Shown: positions 19,336 through 28,767 of the stretch, piece after piece
How the letters are laid out: each line of letters starts with the position of its first letter
Numbering within the stretch: position 1 is the first letter of the stretch
DNA from: Candidatus Limnocylindria bacterium
GTDB taxonomy: Bacteria; Chloroflexota; Limnocylindria; QHBO01
Direction: 5' to 3'
Assembly: GCA_038250515.1 (NCBI GenBank)
Contig: JBBSCG010000001.1
Coordinates: forward strand, 25,155 to 89,154
Length of the DNA stretch: 64,000 nucleotides
The notes under the pieces: model-generated
Seen by the model: only the letters and a program-made list of their open reading frames with translations
What the model was told of the DNA's origin: nothing
Databases searched by the model: none
Made by a program: the position numbers and the translations under genes

Positions 19336-20126
19336 GGGGTGACCGGCTCCGCCACGACGACGAACTCACCCCAGTTGCGGTTGTAACCCTGGCTGGTCTG
19401 GAGCGTCAACCGCTCGTGGTGAACCTCCGAATTCGTCCAGAAGCCGCCCTCGTTGCAATTCTTGGCGATCTGCAGCGCGAGCGGCAGGGCCCCGGGACCG
19501 GGATTGGACTCCGGGTTCGGCGCGTGGTCGTCCGGGCAGGCGACATTCGGGTGAATCTCGGTGACCCGGTAGGCCAGGACCTCGTCGTTGGACATCTTGA
19601 TCTTGACCGATGCGCCCAGCTGCACGTTCCACAGATTGTGAAAGAGGCCCGCGCGAGCGTGGGCGAAGATATACGAGTTGGTGCCGCGACCCGGCTGCGA
19701 CGAGCTGCTCAGGATGTAGGCCGCATCTTCTGGCGGGAAACTGTCGGTCAGGTTGGAGCGCGATTTGTGCAGTGGGATGTTGATGTCAGTGGGGTAGCTG
19801 TCGATCTGGATCTGGACCGCCTGGGCGTCGGAGTGCACTGTGGGCTGCGGCGTCGGGCTGGCGGTCGCTGAGGCCCTGGCGGTCTGGCTTGCGGGTGGCG
19901 GCTGGACGCTCGGCGTGGCAGTCCGGGTCGGGTCGGGGATCGGTTCCAGGCTGTGCACGGCGGTCGGCTGATCCAGGTCGAGCTGGCTGGCGATAATGAG
20001 CGCCACGCCGGCAATCGCCAGCAGCAGCGGCATCAGCAGACTGGGAGCGAGGATGCGCTTCACCGGGCCGAGTCTAGCAAGGTGGTCTTGAATTGACCGA
20101 TGCGGGCCAGGCCAAGGCCCTTTCAT
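19332..20126 (-). CDS. Sortase-family protein (class E/F-like architecture: N-terminal TM anchor, Pro-rich linker) with Ser at the catalytic Cys position
   Basis: IDSYPTDINIPL, QPGRGTNSYIFAHARAG (the His-loop equivalent of GHR), VKIKMSNDEVLAYRVTEI and ERLTLQTSQG, where the canonical motif is TLxTC. The start is M46 (20126); M77 (20033) is an alternative. Confidence 0.5.
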   Translation of the reverse strand: MKGPWPGPHRSIQDHLARLGPVKRILAPSLLMPLLLAIAGVALIIASQLDLDQPTAVHSLEPIPDPTRTATPSVQPPPASQTARASATASPTPQPTVHSDAQAVQIQIDSYPTDINIPLHKSRSNLTDSFPPEDAAYILSSSSQPGRGTNSYIFAHARAGLFHNLWNVQLGASVKIKMSNDEVLAYRVTEIHPNVACPDDHAPNPESNPGPGALPLALQIAKNCNEGGFWTNSEVHHERLTLQTSQGYNRNWGEFVVVAEPVTP

Positions 20127-20902
20127 TCGCACGGCGCGCACTGGCGTCTGCGCCGGCAGGGCTGTTCGCCGATTTCGACGGCACCCTCTCACCGATCGTG
20201 CGCGACCCGATGGCCGCGCGCCTGGCCGATGGCGCTGGTCCGGCTCTCGTCGCGCTGGCACGGCGACTTGCCGTCGTGTGCATCGTCACCGGCCGGGCGG
20301 CCGCCGATGTGCGCCGCATGACGGGGATCGATGAGGTTTTCGTCGCGGGCAACCACGGCATCGAGTGGCTGGCGCCCGGCGAGTCGGAGGCCTTCGTGCC
20401 GCCGCACCTCGCCGCGATCCCCGTTGAGCTGACCCGCCTGCTGGCCGCGGTGCCCGAGCTGCCAGGGCTGTGGATCGAGCACAAGCAGCTCTCAGCGACG
20501 GTGCACTACCGCCAGGCACCGGATCCCGCTGAGGCGCGCACGCGGATCCTGACCGCCCTGGCCGCTGCGATGTTGGGCTCGGAGATCGGGCTGCGCGAGG
20601 GGCGCATGTCGGTCGAGCTCCGACCGACCGACCTCGGTGACAAGGGAACCGCCGTGCGCGCGCTCGTCGAGCGCTTCGACCTGCGCGGCATCGTCGTGCT
20701 CGGCGACGACCTGACCGATCTCGACATGTTCCACGCCGCCGCCGAGCTGCGGGAGGCGGGCATTGTCGAGGCGGTGATCATCGGCGTGGGCGGCGATGGG
20801 GAGGTGCCGGCGGCCGGTGCCGCGGAAGCTGACCTTGTTTTGGCCGACCCGGCTGCGGTCGTGGCGCTACTCGGGCAGGTCGCACGCATGATTCGGTCGT
20901 GA
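20093..20902 (+). CDS. otsB: Trehalose-6-phosphate phosphatase (HAD family)
   Basis: HAD motif I LFADFDGTLSPIV. Full-length similarity to OtsB (VVLGDDLTDLDMF). TTG start. Confidence 0.7.
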   Translation: MTDAGQAKALSFARRALASAPAGLFADFDGTLSPIVRDPMAARLADGAGPALVALARRLAVVCIVTGRAAADVRRMTGIDEVFVAGNHGIEWLAPGESEAFVPPHLAAIPVELTRLLAAVPELPGLWIEHKQLSATVHYRQAPDPAEARTRILTALAAAMLGSEIGLREGRMSVELRPTDLGDKGTAVRALVERFDLRGIVVLGDDLTDLDMFHAAAELREAGIVEAVIIGVGGDGEVPAAGAAEADLVLADPAAVVALLGQVARMIRS

Positions 20903-20956
20903 CTCACATGAGGACGAGCGCGTGGCTGTCGCGCGTGAGTGACGGTTTATCACTCG

Positions 20957-20979
20957 GTTGAGCCCCTGGGGGACTCAAC
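20957..20979. terminator. Imperfect hairpin between convergent otsB and otsA
   Basis: GTTGAGCCCC-TGG-GGGACTCAAC gives a 9/10-bp stem with a 3-nt loop. There is no T-tract, as expected at high GC. It overlaps the otsA stop. Confidence 0.25.
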
Positions 20980-22582
20980 GGCGCCTGCGGGCCGACCCTC
21001 GCTGCTCGACGATATCGGCCAGGTCGTCGAGCTGGCGAGCCAGCCACCACGTGATGTCTTCCGCCTCCACGCCCGCGCGCAGGCGCGCCAAGCGCTCCTC
21101 GCGGTCGGCGAACGACATCTCCAGCGCGGCGCGCATGGCGTCGGCCGTCCCGACCACGTCCGCCGGGGCGACCGGCAGGACTCCATCGGCCATCTGGTCG
21201 TAGGCGCCGGCCGTCTCGGAAAGAATCAGGACGCCGGGGCGGTCATTGACGACGACGCCCTCCTTGGCGACCAGGTTCATCCCGTCGATCAGGGGGTTGA
21301 CCAGGATCACGTCCGCGATCGACAGGCCGGCCATGGCCTGTGCATAGTCGTTCTCGTAGAAGAGCTGCACGGGACGGTAGCCGGCGCGCCCGTATCGGGC
21401 GTTGATGCGGTCGACCGCACCCTGCACCTGCCGTCCGTAGTGGCCGTACTCGCGCAGGTTGGTGCGTGACGGGACGAGGAAGGCCAGGAATGTGACGCGT
21501 CCCCGATAGCGCGGGTAGCGCAACAGGAGTGCCTCGAACGCGGCGAAGCCGCGCAGGATGTTCTTCGAGGGCTCGAGCCGATCCACCCGCACGATGATCT
21601 GCTCGCGCGCCGTCCCCAGCAGCTCCTCGCGACGTCTCCGCGCCGCCCGCGACGCGGCCGCTCGCCGGGTCGACGCCACGTCGATGGAGATCGGATACGA
21701 GCGCGCGTGGGCCACGTGCCCGTCAGGGCGTGTGGCAGTGCCGTTCGAATAGTCGACGCGCACGTCGGGCAAAAACGATTCCACGCTGCGCAGGAAGTTG
21801 TGCGTGTAGCGGTCGGTCTGGAATCCGACCACGTCATTGGCGACCAGGCCACGGCAGATCGCCTCACGCATCGAGGGCGCCAGCACCTGCCACAGCGACG
21901 ACGGCGGCCACGGGATATGGGTGAAGTGGCTGAGCACGGCGCCGGGGCGAGCGCGTCGGATCGGATCGGCAGCGAGGTACAGGTGGTAGTCGTGAAGCAT
22001 GATCCGCGGGCTCGGATCGCTGCGCGGCGCCTGTGCGAGCACCGCCTCGGCGAAGTCGTCGTTGACGGCCACGTAGCCGTTTTCCCAGGCTCGCATGATC
22101 GCGGCATCGATCACCGGTCGCTCGGGCAGATTCCACATCTGGTGCTGCAGGAACCAGAGCAGCGGGTTGGCGATGACGTTGTAGGCGGCCTCGTAGGCGG
22201 GGCGATCGATCGCGGCGAAGCGCAGCCGCACGTCCTCGAGTGGCTGAGCCTTTGCAATCAGCTTCGGGTCTGCGGCGGCCCGTCGGTCGCCCTCGGTCAT
22301 CGCCGCCGCGACCCACGTGACCGGCACGTGCCGACCGACCTGGCTCAGGGCGGTGACCAGCCCGCCGCTGCCGCGCCTGGGTCGCAGCGTCCCGTCGGCG
22401 GCGGTGGCAAAGGTCACTGGGCCGCGGTTGGTGGCGATCAGCAGGCGGCGGTTGCCGAGCAGACGCGTGGCGGCATCGGCCAGGGCTCCCTCGTGGGCAA
22501 CCTTCGGCGACGGCGGCGCGCCGTGCGGGACCGCAGTGTTCACCGCGGTCGGCGCGCGTCGCTGCTCCCCACGGCCGGTCAT
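20975..22582 (-). CDS. otsA: Alpha,alpha-trehalose-phosphate synthase (GT20)
   Basis: LLIATNRGPVTFA...GSGGLVTAL and GFFLHIPWP-like regions align along the full length with OtsA. Confidence 0.85.
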   Translation of the reverse strand: MTGRGEQRRAPTAVNTAVPHGAPPSPKVAHEGALADAATRLLGNRRLLIATNRGPVTFATAADGTLRPRRGSGGLVTALSQVGRHVPVTWVAAAMTEGDRRAAADPKLIAKAQPLEDVRLRFAAIDRPAYEAAYNVIANPLLWFLQHQMWNLPERPVIDAAIMRAWENGYVAVNDDFAEAVLAQAPRSDPSPRIMLHDYHLYLAADPIRRARPGAVLSHFTHIPWPPSSLWQVLAPSMREAICRGLVANDVVGFQTDRYTHNFLRSVESFLPDVRVDYSNGTATRPDGHVAHARSYPISIDVASTRRAAASRAARRRREELLGTAREQIIVRVDRLEPSKNILRGFAAFEALLLRYPRYRGRVTFLAFLVPSRTNLREYGHYGRQVQGAVDRINARYGRAGYRPVQLFYENDYAQAMAGLSIADVILVNPLIDGMNLVAKEGVVVNDRPGVLILSETAGAYDQMADGVLPVAPADVVGTADAMRAALEMSFADREERLARLRAGVEAEDITWWLARQLDDLADIVEQRGSARRRR

Positions 22583-22586
22583 CGGT

Positions 22587-24050
22587 CTAGAACAGGCTTC
22601 CCGCGGAGACCTTCAGCACGTCCAGGATCACGCCCGGGAAGATGCCGAGCACGATCACGCCGATGACGCTCAGCGCCAGGCCGAGCGTGCCGAATGCCGA
22701 TGCCTCGACGGGCGCCGGCTCGTCCTCTGGGTCGCGCATGTACATGTAGACGATAACGCGCAGGTAGTAGAACGCGGCCAGTGCAGCGTTCAGCACGATG
22801 ATCACTGCCAGCCAGGTGAGGTGGGCGTCGATGGTTGCCAGCAGGATGTACCACTTGGCGAAGAATCCGACGGTCGGCGGGATGCCGGTCAGCGACAGGA
22901 GCAGGATGGCCATCGCCGCCGCGCGACCCGGCGCGCGAGACGCCAGCCCGGCGAACGAGTTGAGGCCGCCGTAGCGCGACGTGTCGCGTTGCAGCATGCC
23001 GACCACCGCGAACGCGGCGACGTTCATCACCGAGTAGCCGGCCAGATAGAACAGGATCGATTCGATCGATTCTTTCTGGATCGCCAGCGAGCCAGCTGCG
23101 GCGAATGCGGCCAGACCGGCGAGGATGTAACCACTGTGCGCGATGGCGCTGTAGGCCAGCATGCGCTTCACGTTGCGCTGGGTGAGGGCCACGATATTGC
23201 CGCCGGTCATGGTCAGCACTGCCAGGATCGCCATGACCACCAGCCAATCGGCGCGAATCGGCCCGAGGGCCTCGGCGAAGAGGCGGATCAGCAGCGCAAA
23301 GGCGCCCAGCTTGGGACCGACCGACAGAAAGCCGGTGATCGGCGTGGGCGCGCCCTGGTAGGCATCGGGCGTCCAGTAGTGGAACGGCACGGCCGCCACC
23401 TTGAACGTCGCACCAACCATGAGCATCCCGATCGCGACCAGCATCGCCGGCCCGAGGTTGGCCCCGGTCAGGGCCTGCGCGATCTCGCTGATGCGGGTCG
23501 TGCCCATGAGGCCGTAGGTCCAGCTGATGCCGAACAGCAAGATGGCGCTGGCGAAGCTCCCCAGCAGGAAGTACTTCAGCCCGCCTTCGTTGCTGTAGCG
23601 GTCGGTCTTGGCAAGGCCGGTGAGCAGGTACGAAGGCATTACCATCAGCTCGAGGCCCAGGAACAGGGTGATCAGGTCGGCGCTGCTGGCGAGAACGCAC
23701 ATGCCGATCAGCGAGAAGATCAGGATCGCGTTGAACTCGCCCAGCGGTATGTGCCGCCTGCGCAGGTACTCCGGCGCGAAGAGCGCCGACAGGATGCCGA
23801 TGCCGACCGTCGCGGCTTTGAGGAAGACCGACAGGTCGTCGACGACGTAGAAGCCGGCGAAGACGACATCGTTCACGCCCCACACCACGAAGCAGGCGAT
23901 TCCGGCGAGGAGCAGCCCGAACACGGTGAGCGGGGTAAGCAGCCACTTGTCGCGCGCCGCCAGGAACAGGTCGGCGGTGATCACGGTGAGCACCAGCACG
24001 ACCAGGATCAGCTCCGGCAGGAGCGTCGACAGGTCGTTGAGGTAGCTCAT
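22587..24050 (-). CDS. nuoN: NADH-quinone oxidoreductase subunit N
   Basis: 14-TM antiporter-like subunit: MSYLNDLSTLLPELILVVLVLTVITADLF... Confidence 0.85.
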   Translation of the reverse strand: MSYLNDLSTLLPELILVVLVLTVITADLFLAARDKWLLTPLTVFGLLLAGIACFVVWGVNDVVFAGFYVVDDLSVFLKAATVGIGILSALFAPEYLRRRHIPLGEFNAILIFSLIGMCVLASSADLITLFLGLELMVMPSYLLTGLAKTDRYSNEGGLKYFLLGSFASAILLFGISWTYGLMGTTRISEIAQALTGANLGPAMLVAIGMLMVGATFKVAAVPFHYWTPDAYQGAPTPITGFLSVGPKLGAFALLIRLFAEALGPIRADWLVVMAILAVLTMTGGNIVALTQRNVKRMLAYSAIAHSGYILAGLAAFAAAGSLAIQKESIESILFYLAGYSVMNVAAFAVVGMLQRDTSRYGGLNSFAGLASRAPGRAAAMAILLLSLTGIPPTVGFFAKWYILLATIDAHLTWLAVIIVLNAALAAFYYLRVIVYMYMRDPEDEPAPVEASAFGTLGLALSVIGVIVLGIFPGVILDVLKVSAGSLF

Positions 24051-24054
24051 CGGG

Positions 24055-25578
24055 TCACCACGGCAGCTGCAGCGAGGTCAGGCCGGGTGAGGCGTTGACC
24101 GCGTCCAGGATGCGTTGCGCCGGCGCGCTGATGGCGTGCAGGATCGGTCCCGGGTAGACGCCGAGCGCCACCACCAGGATGATCAGCGGGGCGAGGGCCA
24201 GCCACTCGTTGCGGCTCATGTCCTTCAGCGTCGGCCAGAACCGGCGCATCCAGCCGGACGGAACCGTGAAGAACATGCGCTGGAACATCCACAGCATATA
24301 GACCGCGCTGGCAATGACGATCAGCGTGGTGATCCCGGCCACGATGCCGTTGTACCTGAACGTGCCGAGCAGGACCAAGAATTCACCGATGAATCCGGCC
24401 AGGCCCGGCAGGCCGATGCTGGCGAAGGTGAACAGCCCGAATATCGCAGCGTAGCGCGGCATCCGGGCATTGAGGCCGCCCATGTGCGCGATCTGCCGGT
24501 CATGTGTGCGCTCGTAGATGATGCCGACCAGCAGGAAGAGGGCACCGGTGATCACGCCGTGGGCCACCATCTGGAACACCGCCCCCTGGATGCCCTGCAT
24601 GTTGAACACGAACATGCCGAGCATCACGAAGCCCATGTGGCTGACGCTCGAGTAGGCGACCAGCTTCTTGAGATCCGGTTGCACCATGGCCACCAGCGCG
24701 CCGTACAGGATGGCAATCACTGCCAGCGTGATCATGATCGGCGCGAACTCCTTGGCGGCATCGGGCAGCAACGGCAGGCTGAAGCGCAGGAAGCCGTAGC
24801 CGCCCAGCTTGAGGAGCACGCCGGCCAGGATGATCGAGCCGGCGGTCGGCGCCTCGACGTGGGCATCGGGCAGCCAGGTGTGCAGCGGCCACATCGGCAC
24901 CTTGATGGCGAAGGCCAGGAAGAAGGCGATGAAGGCCAACGCCTGCAACCCATCGGTATAGCCGAAGCCGCGCAGCTGCTCGTAGGCGAAGGTGAACTCG
25001 TTGCCGGCCGATGCATGCGCGATGGCCACCGCCACGATGGCGACCAGCATCAGCAGCGAGCCTACGAGGGTGTAGATCACGAACTTGATCGTGGCGTAGA
25101 TGCGGCGCGGTCCGCCCCAGATGCCGATGATCAGGTACATCGGGATGAGGCTGATCTCCCAGAAGACGTAGAACAGAAAGAGATCCAGGCTGACGAACAC
25201 GCCCAGCATGCCGATCATCAGCAGCAGCATGGCGATGTAGTACTCCTTGACCCGCACCCTGATCGGATGCCAGGAGTAGAAGATCGAGACGACGCTGAGG
25301 ACCGTGGTCAGCAGGACCAGCACCGCCGAGAGCCCGTCGACGCCCAGCCGGTAGCCCATCCCGAAGGCAGGCACCCATTCGAGATTCTCGCGGAACTGGA
25401 ACTCCGCTCCCGAGGGCTGGTAGCCGAGCAGGAAGAGGCTGAAGCCGAAGCTGGCGAGCGCCGCCAGAAGGGCCACCCAGCGTACGAGGCGCTCATTGCC
25501 TCCCGGCACGCAGAGCAGCGCCAGCACGCCGACCAGCGGCATGAAGACGACGAGCGAGAGCACCGGCAGGCCGGGCAT
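24055..25578 (-). CDS. nuoM: NADH-quinone oxidoreductase subunit M
   Basis: MPGLPVLSLVVFMPLVGVLALL...HTWLPDAHVEAPTAGS. The start at M58 gives an ATGA overlap with nuoL. Confidence 0.85.
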   Translation of the reverse strand: MPGLPVLSLVVFMPLVGVLALLCVPGGNERLVRWVALLAALASFGFSLFLLGYQPSGAEFQFRENLEWVPAFGMGYRLGVDGLSAVLVLLTTVLSVVSIFYSWHPIRVRVKEYYIAMLLLMIGMLGVFVSLDLFLFYVFWEISLIPMYLIIGIWGGPRRIYATIKFVIYTLVGSLLMLVAIVAVAIAHASAGNEFTFAYEQLRGFGYTDGLQALAFIAFFLAFAIKVPMWPLHTWLPDAHVEAPTAGSIILAGVLLKLGGYGFLRFSLPLLPDAAKEFAPIMITLAVIAILYGALVAMVQPDLKKLVAYSSVSHMGFVMLGMFVFNMQGIQGAVFQMVAHGVITGALFLLVGIIYERTHDRQIAHMGGLNARMPRYAAIFGLFTFASIGLPGLAGFIGEFLVLLGTFRYNGIVAGITTLIVIASAVYMLWMFQRMFFTVPSGWMRRFWPTLKDMSRNEWLALAPLIILVVALGVYPGPILHAISAPAQRILDAVNASPGLTSLQLPW

Positions 25579-27809
25579 CAGCGCCAGACCAGGAAGGCGA
25601 TCAGGACCAGCACCAGTCCGGCGGCCATGCCCAGGCCGTAGTTCTCGACGCGCCCGGTCTGCACCTTGCGCAGACCGCCGCCGATCCAGTCGGCGAGCCT
25701 GCCGGTGCCGTTCACCGCTCCGTCGATCACTTTCGCGTCGAACCACCACAGCAGCTCGCCGACGATCACGCCGCCACGGGCGAAGATGAGCTGGTAGATG
25801 TCGTCGACGTAGTACTTGTTCACGCTGGCCCGATACATCCCCGGCCCGAGTCCGAACGGTATGCGCTCGACGAAGCGCGCCGGCTCCTCCGTACGCTGCA
25901 CGTACCAGCGGTAGGCCAGCAGGATCCCCAGCACGCCTGCCGCCGCGCCGACCAGCAGCAGCAGGCCGCCGCCGCCGAACAGCTCGAAGCCGTGATGCTC
26001 ACCGGCGGCGATCGAGCCGGGCAGGATGCCGGCGTGGTCGGACTCCTCGAAGACGCCGCCCAGCCAGCCGTGGATCAGGCCGCCCTCCGGCGGGAGGCCG
26101 AACAGCAGCCCGACCAGCACCGTCGGCACGGCCAGAATGGCCAGCGGCGCGACCATGGTCGCCGCCGATTCGTGCACGTGGCGCCAGACCTCGTGCGGGC
26201 CGCGCCATCGGCCATGGAAGGTCATGAAGATCATGCGGAAGGTGTAGAAGGCGGTCATGAAGGCGACCACGACGCCGACGAGATAGAAGAGCAGGTAGCC
26301 GCGGTTGAACGCCTCACCCAGGATCTCGTCCTTGCTGAAGAAGCCGGCAAAGATCGGAATGCCGGCAAGCGCCAGCGATCCGATGACCATGGTCCAGTAG
26401 GTCCATTTCATCTTCTCGCGCAGCCCGCCCAGCAGGCGCATGTCCTGCTCGCCGCCCGCACCGTGGATCACTGACCCGGAGCCCATGAACAGCAGCCCTT
26501 TGAAGAAGCCGTGGCTGACCAGGTGGAAGATGGCGGCCGCCCATGCGCCGATTCCCAGCGCGGTGAACATGTAGGCCAACTGGCTCACCGTCGAGTATGC
26601 GAGCACCTTCTTGATGTCGTTCTGGGTCAGCGCGATCGCCGCCGCGAAGATGGCGGTGAAGATACCGATGCCGGCCACCACCCACATGGCGATTGGCGCG
26701 TGGGCGAAGATCGGGTTGGAACGCGCGACCATGTAGACGCCGGCGTTCACCATGGTCGCGGCGTGGATCAGGGCGCTGACCGGGGTGGGGCCTTCCATCG
26801 CGTCTGGCAGCCAGACGTGCAGCGGGAACTGCGCGCTCTTGCCCACGGCGCCGGCGAAGAGAAGCAGCGCGATGATCGTCACCTGCATCTGGCTCACGCC
26901 ACCGATCCCCTCGAACACGCCGTCGAAGTTCAGGGTGCCGAGCAGCGTCCAGATCATCATGATTCCGAGCGCAAAGCCCAGGTCGCCGATGCGATTGACG
27001 ACGAAGGCCTTCTTGGCCGCACCGGCGGCTGAGGGCTTCTTGTACCAGAAGCCGATGAGCGCGTAGCTGCACAGGCCGACCGCTTCCCACCCGATGTAGA
27101 GCATCAGATAGTTGTCGCCCAGGATCAGCAGCAGCATGCTGAACATGAACAGGTTCAGATAGGCGAAGAAGCGCCAGAAGCCGCGGTCGCCGTTCATGTA
27201 GCCGATGGAGTAGACGTGGACCAGCAGGCCCACGCTGCTCACCACCAGCAGCAGCATGGCGGTCAGCGCATCGACGAAGAAGGCGATCTCGATCTTGAAG
27301 TCGCCGGATGCGATCCACTCATAGACCGTCACGTGGAACGTCTTGCCACCGAAGATGACGTTGGCGAAGACGACCATCGAGAAGAGCCACATGATCCCCA
27401 CGAGCGCGGTCGGTACGATCCAACTGCGGTAACGCGGCTGCGGCCCATCCGGCGCGACGTGGCCCGACTGGCCCAGGCCATTGTTCAGCTCCTCGGGGAT
27501 GACTCCATCTGCGCCCTGCGCGTTGGCCAGGTCGTCGGCGTGACCGGCGTGCGGGCTGGTTTCGGCCTGCTCCTCCTCGGTGGGCACGGACTCGAGCGCT
27601 TCCTCGACCTCGTCGTGCGCGTCGGGGGCGTGCGCCGCGACGTCGGCCGACTCGTGGACGTCGGCCGCATCGGTATCGGTCGGGTGCGCTTGGGCGTCGT
27701 AGTCGTCGTGCCCGTGTGACGGCACGTGGTCGAGGCGTGAGCCCACCAGCACGCTGAACAGGAAGCCGATCAGCGGCAGCGCCGGGATGAGCGCGATCAA
27801 CAGCTCCAC
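25578..27809 (-). CDS. nuoL: NADH-quinone oxidoreductase subunit L, with an acidic His-rich insertion of about 110 aa after TM1
   Basis: MELLIALIPALPLIGFLF...WLPDAMEGPTPVSALIHAATMV. At 743 aa it is well above the usual ~630 because of the insert HGHDDYDAQAHPTDTDAADVHESADVAAHAPDAHDEVEE... Confidence 0.85.
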   Translation of the reverse strand: MELLIALIPALPLIGFLFSVLVGSRLDHVPSHGHDDYDAQAHPTDTDAADVHESADVAAHAPDAHDEVEEALESVPTEEEQAETSPHAGHADDLANAQGADGVIPEELNNGLGQSGHVAPDGPQPRYRSWIVPTALVGIMWLFSMVVFANVIFGGKTFHVTVYEWIASGDFKIEIAFFVDALTAMLLLVVSSVGLLVHVYSIGYMNGDRGFWRFFAYLNLFMFSMLLLILGDNYLMLYIGWEAVGLCSYALIGFWYKKPSAAGAAKKAFVVNRIGDLGFALGIMMIWTLLGTLNFDGVFEGIGGVSQMQVTIIALLLFAGAVGKSAQFPLHVWLPDAMEGPTPVSALIHAATMVNAGVYMVARSNPIFAHAPIAMWVVAGIGIFTAIFAAAIALTQNDIKKVLAYSTVSQLAYMFTALGIGAWAAAIFHLVSHGFFKGLLFMGSGSVIHGAGGEQDMRLLGGLREKMKWTYWTMVIGSLALAGIPIFAGFFSKDEILGEAFNRGYLLFYLVGVVVAFMTAFYTFRMIFMTFHGRWRGPHEVWRHVHESAATMVAPLAILAVPTVLVGLLFGLPPEGGLIHGWLGGVFEESDHAGILPGSIAAGEHHGFELFGGGGLLLLVGAAAGVLGILLAYRWYVQRTEEPARFVERIPFGLGPGMYRASVNKYYVDDIYQLIFARGGVIVGELLWWFDAKVIDGAVNGTGRLADWIGGGLRKVQTGRVENYGLGMAAGLVLVLIAFLVWR

Positions 27810-27812
27810 GGC

Positions 27813-28118
27813 CTACTCCTTGAGGTCGTGGTACTCGTCGACCTCGGCCGTCTGACGAGTGCGGATGATGGCGATGATCAGCGCCAGACCGACGGTTGCC
27901 TCGGCCGCCGCCACGGCCATGATCATCAGCGCAAAGATGGCGCCATTGACCGATGCCGTCGGCCGATAGGCGTTGAACGCGACCAGGCTCAGGTTCACGG
28001 CGTTCAGCATCAGCTCGATGCAGATCAGCATCAGGATCGCGTTGCGGCGTGCCATGAAGCCGAAGGCACCGATCGCGAAGAGCACCGTGGAGACGATCAG
28101 ATAGCCGGCAAGGCCCAT
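27813..28118 (-). CDS. nuoK: NADH-quinone oxidoreductase subunit K
   Basis: 101 aa: MGLAGYLIVSTVLFAIGAFGFMARRNAILMLICIELMLNAVNL. Confidence 0.8.
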   Translation of the reverse strand: MGLAGYLIVSTVLFAIGAFGFMARRNAILMLICIELMLNAVNLSLVAFNAYRPTASVNGAIFALMIMAVAAAEATVGLALIIAIIRTRQTAEVDEYHDLKE

Positions 28119-28693
28119 CAGCCGGCTCGCTCGTCCTCTTCCGGCCGTCGGGCCAGGAAGATCGCGCCGATGATGGCGGCCAGCAGCAGCAGGCTGAGTA
28201 TCTCGAAGGGCAGGGCGTAGTCGGTGAAGAGCGCCGTGGCGAGGCCCTGCAGGTTCACGGCAACGGCAGCGGTGGCGGTGATCGTGCCCCAATCGGTCTG
28301 GAAGACGGCCCAACCGATCAATCCCACCACGATCAATGCGGCGAGCGCGGCGAACGGCACCTGGCGGTGGAACGGCGCGCGCAGGCTGGCGTCGCCGGCC
28401 TGGGTGAGCATGATCGCGAAGATGATCAGCACGCTGATGGCGCCGAGGTAGATGAGCACCTGTGCAGCGGCCACGATCGGCGCGCCGAGCAGCGCGTACA
28501 TGCCGGCCAGTGAGCCGAAGCAGACCATCATGGCGATCGCCGCGTGGATCACGTTGCGGAGGGTCACGACGGCAAGCCCACCACCGACCACACCGATGGC
28601 GAGCACAACGAACAGGACGCCGGTGATATCCAGGGTTGAACGCTCCCGTTGGAGTTTTTCGAGCGCACAGCGGCTGCCCGCGACGCAACACAA
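28118..28693 (-). CDS. nuoJ: NADH-quinone oxidoreductase subunit J
   Basis: VLFVVLAIGVVGGGLAVVTLRNVIHAAIAMMVCFGSLAGMYALLGA. The start is uncertain (TTG at 28693 or downstream). Confidence 0.7.
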   Translation of the reverse strand: MCCVAGSRCALEKLQRERSTLDITGVLFVVLAIGVVGGGLAVVTLRNVIHAAIAMMVCFGSLAGMYALLGAPIVAAAQVLIYLGAISVLIIFAIMLTQAGDASLRAPFHRQVPFAALAALIVVGLIGWAVFQTDWGTITATAAVAVNLQGLATALFTDYALPFEILSLLLLAAIIGAIFLARRPEEDERAG

Positions 28694-28767
28694 GCGGCCT
28701 GCCCGATTCTAGCGTACGGAACCCGCCGCGAGCCGCCGCCGCGCTCCCGGCGGAACGTTCGCAATTG

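Noticed and set aside
22317-24098. 593-aa plus-strand ORF, and similar ORFs at 24115-25641, 25992-26474 and 26511-27032
   Set aside because: They are antisense to nuoN, nuoM and nuoL. The composition is His/Asp/Arg/Gly-rich, a GC-rich frame artefact.
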